A DNA stretch of 64,000 nt from Octopus sinensis (taxonomy: Eukaryota): assembly GCF_006345805.1 (NCBI RefSeq), contig NC_043004.1:5022001-5086000 (forward strand). Direction: 5' to 3'. Shown one piece after another: positions 1-9,540 of the stretch (the first letter of the stretch is position 1; the number at the start of each line of letters is the position of its first letter). Under the pieces are notes generated by a model that worked only from the letters and a program-made list of their open reading frames with translations, was not told where the DNA came from and ran no database searches. The position numbers and the translations under genes are program-made.

Positions 1-505
1 CAGTTAGTTTTTGTTCAATTCCTTTATCACAATGCTGTATGGCCTTTGTGTGAGTAAAAGGTAGAGTCATACAAAGTCTTTTACACCTGAAGCACTTTTT
101 CACTTACATAACCAACCTCTCCACATCAAACTCCTGGCCTTGTTCATTACAAATGATCACATGATAATTGTAATTGGCCACATGACATACATAGCTAATA
201 AATAATAAAAATTTGTATCACTACAACAACACAAATGTTTGCTCTGTACTCAAACAATAAATACCATTCACAGTTGAATGTTGAATGCCTGACATGAGAA
301 AAGATATTTAACTTTGGAAATAAATATGACAACACATCAGGCAAACACCACATTTATCAAAATTACTCCACCCAAAGTTACCTTAAGAAAACAATTGCAA
401 AATGAAAAAGAAACACTCACACATCCTATAAATCTTTACATTCAGATCTTAATTTAATTCTCCAACATCAAACTCAGCAAGTTTCTTCTACGTATTAATC
501 TAAAT

Positions 506-761
506 CATTGGTTCTCAGTCATTTTTTGTCTGTGGACCCCTTTGATTTCCATTTTACTCAGACTGACCCCCACAGCCATATGAAGTTTTAAAAAAGTCCC
601 ATTATATTTTTAGAATTAAATATCACTAGAAGTTGTATTTAAAAAATTGTCAAAATATTTTGTGTATTGTAGAAATATAGTAATTTATTACAGATAAATT
701 TTAACAACTAAATCTTATATGGACCCTCAAGGGTTATATGGACCCTTGCTGAGAACCTCTG
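506..761. mobile_element. hAT-like MITE
   Basis: Termini cattggttctcag...ctgagaacctctg with 8-bp TSD atctaaat/atctaact. Same family at 57526-58176, ~60880-61138 and ~63002-63239. Confidence 0.7.
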
Positions 762-862
762 ATCTAACTGCTCTAGTTATGTTACATACATTTGCTACAG
801 TGAGAAAGAGACTGTTTCTAGTTTGTAGTATACTAAACAACATAAAACATAAAAATACTTAC

Positions 863-1097
863 AGCAGAGATTGCAACGGTAAGGTTTTGAATCAGCATGG
901 ACAACCATGTGGGCTTTGAGGGTTTGTGGTTGTGTGAACGTTTTGGAACATGTAAAACAGCGGAAAGCTCTCTCGGCATTATGGATAAGTAAATGCCGTT
1001 GCATATTGGCCTTCTGATTAAATGCTCGGCGACAAATTGGACATATAAATGGTTGTAGGCCAGTATGAGTGAATTGATGAGCTTTTAAATGGTGCTC
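863..1097 (-). CDS. ZNF710/ZNF366-like: Internal coding exon of the same gene (end of finger 7, fingers 8-9, start of finger 10)
   Basis: Acceptor tttcttgtAG (1099-1098) and donor T|GTAAGT (862). 235 nt = 78 codons + 1: EHHLKAHQFTHTGLQPFICPICRRAFNQKANMQRHLLIHNAERAFRCFTCSKTFTQPQTLKAHMVVHADSKPYRCNLC. Joining to the upstream exon gives a perfect C-x2-C-x12-H-x3-H finger. Confidence 0.95.
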
Positions 1098-1182
1098 CTA
1101 CAAGAAATAGGTTTATCAAAATTAATATCAATATTTAAATATAAATGCCATGTACATAAAATTCATTTACAACAAAATAGAA

Positions 1183-1346
1183 TACCATATTTATTCATGC
1201 ATACATTACACCCCTAATTTAATGTTAAATCTTAGAACAAATTTTTTCCTTCATAGTTTTAGATTTGCCATGTGTATAAGTCTTGACCCCAGGTTTTTCA
1301 GTTAAAATCAAGAAATAGTGTGACTTATACATGAGTAAATATGGTA
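1183..1346. mobile_element. pogo/Tigger-like (Tc1/mariner superfamily) MITE
   Basis: ~29-bp imperfect TIRs taccatatttattcatgcata.../...tatacatgagtaaatatggta with TA ends. Confidence 0.6.
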
Positions 1347-2141
1347 ATATTTAACCTTAAATAACAATTCTAATGAAAATTCAAATGACAGTGAGAAAAT
1401 TGGCAAAAACTGCTGAAAGAAATTAGAATGCAGAAAAAAATATCAAACATGGAATTTAAGATTTATATATAATTTCAAAAGAATTATTCTTAAAAAATAA
1501 ATACTAAAATTGTTGGCTATTTTACATAAATAACCTCATAAAGAAATGTAAGTGAAGCAATAATTTTCATCTTGAAATAAATATGTTAGGTTTGAGTGGA
1601 ATAGAGCAAGCCAGAGACAGTAGTCAGTTAAAAGACAGCTCAATAGGGTGACCAGTATCTGATGGCAGTTAACAAGTTTAGATAAGCAGATTTCATTATA
1701 TATATATATATATATATATGTGTGTCCTGTCAGAAATATTTGAGTGTCCTATAAAGCTAAGATAAATATTTTCAAATCATTTGTATGGTGGCCATTTTGA
1801 ATTAGTCTGACTTATTTCAGCACAAACAGGTGTTACTGCTTATATAAACACTATATAGAGACAGGGGAACTATAGTTGTTTGACATATTATTATTGCTCA
1901 AGTTTATTAACGTTGGACCATTAAATAATATCTTCCTCATTCATATCTGCTTCTGAAACAATGAGTCGGAAGTTTTGTTATTCTTTCAGTGATGCTACCA
2001 AAATATGGCTAATTGCTTTCATTTTCCTTATTCTCAAAATCTAATCTGTTATAAATGTATAGGATTCCTACAAGAGTATCATTAACCAGCTAGAGGGAAT
2101 GTCCTCTTGGGGTTAAAAAATCACAGTAAAATCCATTCGTA

Positions 2142-3589
2142 AGGCAGACAAACCACAAATCCCTTCAGGTAGATGGCCCTGCTCAATCTGTAGAAAAGGC
2201 ATAGGTAGAAACTCCATAAGATGTACCCAGTGTAAGCTATGGACACATAAGAGTTACAGCAATATCAAAGGAAGGCTAACTGGGAAGATAGTTTTTGTAT
2301 GTGGCAAATGCTCAGGTGCCAAAAACACTGAAAATGTGCAGAGAACAGCTTCTGTCACATTCCAAGAAGAAAATCTACAAGTAGTTGATAGCTTCCGTCA
2401 CCTAGGAGACCAAGTCAGTAGCGGGAGTGGATGCTCTGAAAGTGTAGCTGCTAGAATAAGAATAGCCTGGGCAAAGTTCAGAGAGCTCCTACCTCTGCTG
2501 GTGACAAAAGGCCTCTCACTCAGAGTAAAAGGTAGACTGTATGACGCATGTGTATTAACAGCCATGCTACATGGGCATCAGATGTATTGTGCAAGAGAGA
2601 TGACTGTGCTGGTATGGTCATGTGTTGCAAATGAATGAGGACAGCTGTGTGAAAAAGTGCCACACCCTAGCAGTTGAGGGAATCTGTGGAAGAGGTAGAC
2701 CCTGGAAAACCTGGGATGAGGTGGCGAACATTGGGCCTTACCGAGGCAATGACTAGTGACCGAGACCTTTGGAGATATGCTGTGCTTGAGAAAACCTGAC
2801 AAGCAACGTGAGACCATAGCCCTTGGCCTATGCCAGTGAGTGTAACCAGCCCACTTATGAATACCCCTCATTCATTGGACAATAAACTTTGTTTGCGAAG
2901 ACCTATTGAGGCAAATGAAATCAAAATCGCTAACGTGGCTGATGACAGTACCGCCTGATTGGCACTCGTGCCAGTGGAACATTTAAATCACATCCAAATG
3001 TGGGATGTAACCAGCCCACTTATGAGTACCCCTCATTCATTGAACAATAAACTTTGCTTGCAAAGACCTATTGAGGCAAGTAAAATCAAATCAAACTCGC
3101 TGACATGGCCGATGACAGTACCACCTGATTGGCACTCATGCCAGTGAAATGTTAAAAGCACATCCGAACATGATCGTTGCCATGGCCACAGATTGGCTCT
3201 CATGCCAGTGGCACATAAAAAGCATCATTCGAGCATGATCGTTACCAGTGTCGCCTTACCAGCACAATTGTCGGTGGCGTGTGAAAAGCAAAATTCAAGC
3301 ACGGTCGTTGCCAGTGCCGCCAGACTGGCTCCCATGCAGGTAGCACATAAAAAACACCTTTTGAGCATGGTCGCTGCCAGAACTGCCTGGCTGGCCCTCG
3401 TGCCAGTGGCATGTAAAAGCACCCACTACACTCTTGGAGTGGTTGACATTAGGAAGGGCATCCAACTGTAGAAACTTTGGCAGATCAGATTGAGCCTGGT
3501 GCAGCCTTCTGGCTCACCAGTCCTCAGTCAAACTGTCCAACCCATGCCAGCATGGAAAGCGGATGTTAAACGACGACGATGATGATGAT
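2142..3589 (+). mobile_element. 5'-truncated, decayed RTE-clade LINE (RT C-terminal part, modular 3' UTR, (GAT)n tail)
   Basis: Translation WPCSIC...VVDSFRHLGDQVSSG...RIAWAKFRELLPLL...KGRLYDACV is homologous to the 9.5-11.7 kb copy. Ends gcatggaaagcggatgttaaacgacgacgatgatgatgat. Confidence 0.9.
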
Positions 3590-3864
3590 ACAAACTGGAG
3601 TGAACTACTGTCATCTCTAGCAGATAAGGAGGTGAATGACCCTGCTTAATCTTACCCATAGTGAAGGAGTAATGTGTAGCCGGTGAACATCATGGCCACA
3701 TCGTAAAATTTTAAATGTAAAATTTTAATTATATCTAATACAAATCATCATATTTTTAAAATCTCATTAAGCGAACTCATGAACACTATTCGTTTGTAAA
3801 GTCCTGAATTGTCCCCTCTATGTATTGATATTGTTTTATCGTTATAAAAAATAAATCTCGAGCA

Positions 3865-3931
3865 GACAAGGTGTCCAGCACTGGGGATAGGCAAAAATAG
3901 CTCGAAACCAGGCTGGTCTGTTGGACCTGTC
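3865..3931 (+). ncRNA. Type I hammerhead ribozyme-like motif (degenerate core)
   Basis: 8-bp stem I gtccagca/tgttggac, core CTGGGGA (A6G), damaged stem II, GAAA, palindromic stem III ACCAG-G-CTGGT, GUC triplet (C3918). Confidence 0.6.
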
Positions 3932-4224
3932 AAGTCACTAGAAGGTGGTAGGGGTTCGCTCCCCTGCTTGTAATATATTGGATGCAGGTAGTATCATTAA
4001 CCAGCTAGAGGAAATGTCTTCTTAGGGTTAAAAAATTACAGTAACATCCATTTGTACATAACAGACATGTTGAAATGGCAACAAACATTACTTATCAATA
4101 TGCTCCTAGAAAAATAAAGATTTCTAATGTTGACATAAGGCCACATATGAGAGAGGATGTGGTTAATTTAATAAACGTTAATATTTCATCATCATCATCA
4201 TCATCAACTCCTGAATATCATTGT

Positions 4225-4465
4225 CCTAGGGCTCATAGGGTTGGTTACTCATTTTTCATGGCATGTTAGCAACCAAGTACCCAACATTTCCACCTGAACA
4301 GGGCACCGATCCATTGCAGGTTTACTCATTTACAGCTAAATGGACTTGAGCAACAGGAAATGAAGTGTTTTACTCAAGAACGCAATGCCCTGTCCAGTTC
4401 AGGAATTGAAACCACGATCTTGCAATCATGAATGCGGCATCCTAACCACTAGGCAATGTACTTTC
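4225..4465 (-). mobile_element. tRNA-derived SINE, decayed copy of the family seen at 59301-59596
   Basis: Shares cctaaccactaggc head, ttactcaagaacgc core and ggctcatagggttgg tail with other copies. Confidence 0.6.
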
Positions 4466-4808
4466 ACTCGCCATTAATTTACTAATCCAGGAAGAATGAA
4501 GAACAAAGTCAACTTAGGCAAGGTTGAAACTCAAAACGGAGAAGGAAAACTATTAAAGTGGTGAAAACTCTATTACAAGAAATACATTAACAGCAAGTTT
4601 TACAGATCATCGTAAGTAAAAATTTGCCAAAATATGTGCTGCTGTTCTTTGCAATTTTTAGAGTGAGATGACTGAGTTCTTTCATGCCATATTTCAAATA
4701 GACTGTCTACAGCAAAAGCTGCATAGTTTAACACCACCAAACCTTCAAATCGTTCCCCATCTATGTTTTCTTTTGCAATCTATCAAAGGTGCCAACTGCA
4801 CCAATATC

Positions 4809-5035
4809 TGTTTCTTTATTACCCACAAGGGGCTAACATAGAGGGGACAAACAAGGACAGACAAACAGATTAAGTCGATTACATCGACCCCAGTGCGTAA
4901 CTGGTACTTAATTTATCGACCCCAAAAGGATGAAAGGCAAAGTCGACCTCGGCGGGATTTGAACTCAGAACGTAACGGCAGACGAAATACGGCTACGCAT
5001 TTCGCCCGGCGTGCTAACGTTTCTGCCAGCTCGCC
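4809..5035 (-). mobile_element. Young tRNA-derived SINE with Nin/Deu-type core
   Basis: A box TGGCAGAAACGTTAG, B box GAGTTCAAATCC, core GCCTTTCATCCTTTTGGGGTCGATAAATTAAGTACCAG. Perfect 14-bp TSD actgcaccaatatc (4795-4808, 5036-5049). Confidence 0.85.
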
Positions 5036-5374
5036 ACTGCACCAATATCACTAATCAAGCAGTGCCTGAAAATTAATAGATACTGACTCCCCTACCTTGA
5101 CTAATCTATTAAACAGGTTAATTTTTAGATAATAATTAATTATTTACATTTAGATGATGTAGTAAAATAACTGTAGCAATTTAAGATGTGTCCTTGCTAG
5201 GCAAGTGTTTTGCTCTGAGAACTTGTGTTGAAAAGGATTAAAACATTTACAGCTTCAGAACATGTTAGCTATTGAAAAACACATAAAAACTGTTAACTTC
5301 ACTTTAACATTTATTATTTGGAGTTATAATTTTTGTCGTACCAACTGCACTCTGGTCACTAATATACTAGAACT

Positions 5375-7045
5375 GTGTGAGAGAGAGGGAGACATGAAGA
5401 GAGTAAGAGAGACAAGGAGGGAGTGAGAGAGACAAGGAGGCAGTAAGAGAGACAAAGAGAGAGTGAGAGAGACAAGAAGGGAGTGAGAGAGACAAGAAGG
5501 GAGAGAGACATGGAGGGAGTGAGATAGACATGGAGGGAGTGAGATAGACATGGAGGGAGTGAGAGCGACAAGGAGGGAGTGAGAGCGACAAGGAGGGAGT
5601 GAGAAGGACAAGGAGGGAGTGAGAGAGACAAGGAGGGAGTGAGAATGACAAGAAGGGAGTGAGAGTGACATGGAGGGAGTGAGAGGGACAAGGAGGGAGT
5701 GAGAGGGACAAGAAGTGAGATAGACATGGAGGGTGTGAGATAGACATGGAGGGAGTGAGATAGACATGGAGGGAGTGAGATAGACAAAGAGGGAGTGATA
5801 AGGACAAGGAGGGAGTGAGGAAGACAAGGAGGGAGTGAGAGTGACAAGAAGGGAGTGAGAAGGACAACGAGGGAGTGAGAGCGACAAGAAGGGAGTGAGA
5901 GGGACAAGAAGGGAGTGAAAGTGACAAGGGAGTGAGAGGGACAAGAAGGGAGCGAGAGAGACAAGAAGGGAGTGAGAGGGACAACAAGGGAGTGAGAGGG
6001 ACCACAAAGGAGTGAGAGGGACAACAAGGGAGTGAGAGGGACAACAAGGGAGTGAGTGGGACAACAAGGGAGTGAGAGAGACAACAAGGGAGTGAGAGCG
6101 ACAAGAAGGGAGTGAGAGCGACAAGAAGGGAGTGAGAGCGACAAGAAGGGAGTGAGAGGGACAAGAAGGAAGTGAGAGCGACAACAAGGGAGTGAGAGTG
6201 ACAAGAAGGGAGTGAGAGGGACAAGAAGGGAGTGAGAGGGACAACAAGAGAGTGAGAGGGACAAGAAGGGAGTGAGAGGGACAAGAAGGGAGTGAGAGCG
6301 ACAACAAGGGAGTGAGAGGGACAACAAGGGAGTGAGAGGGACAACAAGGGAGTGAGATGGACAAGAAGGGAGTGAGAGGGACAACAAGGGAGTGAGAGGG
6401 ACAACAAGGGATTGAGAGGGACAACAAGGGAGTGAGAGGGACAAGAAGGAAGTGAGAAGGAAAAGAAGGGAGTGAGAGAGACAAGAATGGAGTGAGAGAG
6501 ACAAGAAGGGAGTGAGAGAGACGAGAATGGAGTGAGAGAGACAAGAAGGGAGTGAGAGAGAGTGAGAGGGACAACAAGAGAGTGAGAGGGACAAGAAGGG
6601 AGTGAGAGAGACAAGAAGGGAGTGAGAGGGACAACAAGGGAGTGAGAGGGGACAAGAGAGTGAGAGGGACAAGGGAGTGAGAGGGACAACAAGGGAGTGA
6701 GAGGGACAACAAGGCAGTGAGAGTTACAACAAGGGAGTGAGAGTGACAAGAAGGGAGTGAGAGGGACAATAAGGGAGTGAGAGGGACAAGAAGGGAGTGA
6801 GAGCGACAAGAAGGGAGTGAGAGGGACAACAAGGGAGTGAGAGGGACAACAAGGGAGTGAGAGGGACAACAAGGGAGTGAGAGCGACAGGAAGGGAGTGA
6901 GAGGGACAAGAAGGGAGCAAGAGAGACAAGAAGGGAGTGAGAGGGACAACAAGGGAGTGAGAGGGACAACAATGGAGTGAGAGTGACAAGAGGGGAGTGA
7001 GAGTTACAAGGAGGGAGTGAGAGAGACAAGGTGAGAGTGAGAGAA
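5375..7045. repeat. ~20-bp purine-rich minisatellite (consensus gggagtgagagggacaasaa), ~80 units
   Basis: Direct inspection. It produces three spurious long L/S/P/C-rich ORFs on the minus strand. Confidence 0.97.
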
Positions 7046-7149
7046 TGCATTGCAGAGGGGCCATGTCACTGATCAGGGTGCCGTTAGTGCAGCGAAAATT
7101 TTGACACCAAATAATATATGTTTAAGTAAAGTTAGGAGTCTTTCAGTGT

Positions 7150-8445
7150 TTTTGAATGGTTGTGCTGGTGCCTTGTAACAAGCACCAGTGCTGGTGATAG
7201 TACCACATAAAAAGCACGCAGTACACTCTGTTGGGTGGTTAGCATCAGAAAGGACATCTAGCTGTAGAAACCATGTCAAAACTGACAATGAAACCTGATT
7301 TGGCTCTCGGCCTTGCAAGCTCCTGTGAAACCATCCAACCCATGCTAGCATGAAAAAATGGACATTAAATGATGAAGAAGAAGAATCAAAATACAAAAAC
7401 CATATTTGAGAGCATAAAAAATGCACAGGCATATTACACACCCCCCAATTTCAGCAGCACATATTCAAGAAAAAAAACTTCTAATGCATTAAAGCATGTA
7501 ACATAGGCCCAACTTTGCATGTAAGGCTCAGCATGGTTTTTCTCAGACATCATTTTTTACTAGTTTTCAAAAAAAAAAAAAAGTGAGTCTTATATACCAT
7601 CAAATATGATGGTTAATTACTGAAATCTTTCACTATCATTCATCATCAACGTTTAGCATCTGTTTTCCATGCTGGCATGGGTTGGACGGTTTGACAGGAG
7701 CCTGTTTTGGCATGGTTTCTACAGCTGGATGCCATTCCCAATGCCAACCGCGTGTCGGTGGCGCATAAAAAGCACTGTTTATATGTTGGGCCTCGTGGAA
7801 GCAGTGATGTCAAGCCAAGTGAAGATTATAGTCACGGTCAATGCCAGTGTCTCGTAACTTGTCTGTTAAAAGCACCCTTCAATTGTTGGGCAATATGCTG
7901 TGCTTGTGACGACTTGTCACACCAAGTGAAATCGTAGTCATGGCCGATGTCAGCACCATCTGACTGGCACCCATGCTAGTGGCACATAAAAAGCACTGTT
8001 CGAGCATTGGGCCTCATGGCAGCAGTGACAGGTGACCAAGACCCTTGGCGGTATACTGTACTGGTGATGACCTGTTTAACCAAGCAAGACCATATATATG
8101 ATGGGCTTCCATACAATTTCCATGTATGTCCCATACTGGTGGCATGTAAAAAGCACCATTTGGGTGTGGTTGATGCCAGTGCTGCTTGACTAGCTGCCGC
8201 ACCTGTGGCACATAAAAAAGCACCACTCGAGTGTGGTCGATGCCAGTGCCACCTGACTGGCTCCCATGCCGGTAGCACATAAAAACCACCCACTACACTC
8301 TCAGAGCGGTTGGCATTAGGAAAGGCATCCAGCTGTAGAAACCTTGCCAAATCAGATTGGAACCTGGTGCAGCTCCCCAGTTTTCAGTCAAACTGTCCAA
8401 CATGGAAAATGAACATTAAACAATGATGATGATGATGATGATGAT
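7150..8445. mobile_element. Cluster of RTE 3'-UTR/tail fragments (7150-7385 +, 7640-7750 -, 7760-8445 +) with a pogo-like MITE remnant (~7430-7610)
   Basis: Shared motif ttggcattaggaagggcatccagctgtagaaac...ccatgctagcatgg...(gat)n. Confidence 0.75.
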
Positions 8446-8939
8446 TACAGAGTGTACTGAGTATTTTTTATGTGGCACCAGCACAAGTGCCTTTTTTACA
8501 TGGCACCAGCATAGGTACGTTTTACATGGTACTACTCATATTAACAATTTTTCAGTCGAAATTTAATTTAATTTAAAATCAATACAATAACAGCACCTTG
8601 AGTGGGATAGTACTGAGAAAAAAAGATTTAAGTGACTTGTGAAAAGAAATACAGCCAATCTCAAAACCAAACAGTATTTTGTTCAATAAATCTCTGTTAT
8701 TTATGTCAATGAAACACTTCTAACAAGATACCTGGAGTTATTATTATAATTTTACACAACTTATTCATGTTCCAGACTGTCTCAAGTGTATGTCAAGTGA
8801 TTTTGCCAAAAACAAAGTTATTACCAAGAGCAGTGATTAGAGAATACAAAAAAAGCTATGAAGTTATTATATCCCAATCTTCTCCTCCTCCTCCTCATCA
8901 TCATCATCACAACCATCACCACCACCACCACCACCACTA

Positions 8940-9217
8940 TTGTTTTAATGCTCACTTTTCCTTGCTCACATGGGTCGGAGGGAATTTGTTGAGGTAGATT
9001 TTCTACAACTGGATGCCACCCTTCCTGTCACCAAACCTCACCTTTTTCCAAGAAAGGTAATATTTCCCCCCATCACCAGACATGTTTTTCACAGGAGATG
9101 GGATACAAAGGACACTGCTTGCATGGCAGTGACACTCGTTTACAACTACCATGTGCAATGTCATGAAGACAGTAACACAAACACACACAAGCACACACCC
9201 AAGCACACACACACAAG

Positions 9218-9275
<58 letters not shown>
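8940..9275 (-). mobile_element. Second RTE-tail-related short retroposon family followed by (AC)n
   Basis: Motif gattttctacaactggatgcc-cttcctgtcacc...ggtaatatttcccc recurs at ~14200, 16500, 36040, 36820, 41140, 45740, 56880 and 61520. Confidence 0.6.
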
Positions 9276-9276
<1 letters not shown>

Positions 9277-9540
9277 TTATTTATTATTCTTAAACAAGAA
9301 TAATAAATTTGTACTCTACAAAAGTATAGAGTTACCTGTCAGATTAATGTAAAATTGTTTTTATTAGAACTGAACATAAAACCAAATATTAATATATGAT
9401 TATATGTATGTATGTATGAATGGGTGGATGGATGGATGGATAGGTGGATGGATATTGAAAAGAATCAAAAGTCCTCCTTGAGCCATAGGCTCATAAGGGT
9501 AGTTTCCCATATTCTGTGGCGTACATATATATATATATAT

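Noticed and set aside
1-500. Next zinc-finger exon
   Set aside because: The best acceptor (cttcAG near 85) gives no finger-like translation, so the exon lies outside the window.
795-862. Tail CKYFYVLCC... of the 69-aa ORF
   Set aside because: Read-through of the GTAAGT donor at 862.
3150-3470. CRISPR-like repeat-spacer appearance
   Set aside because: Eukaryotic context; the units are diverged RTE 3' UTR modules with homologous spacers, and no cas genes are present.
5324-7064. Three 437-565-aa minus-strand ORFs
   Set aside because: Artefacts of a stop-free 20-bp minisatellite: open in all three frames, with only L/S/P/C/H/V/T periodicity.
8767-9293. Poly-His and (HT)n/(CV)n ORFs here and elsewhere
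   Set aside because: Translations of (CAT/CAC)n and (AC)n microsatellites.
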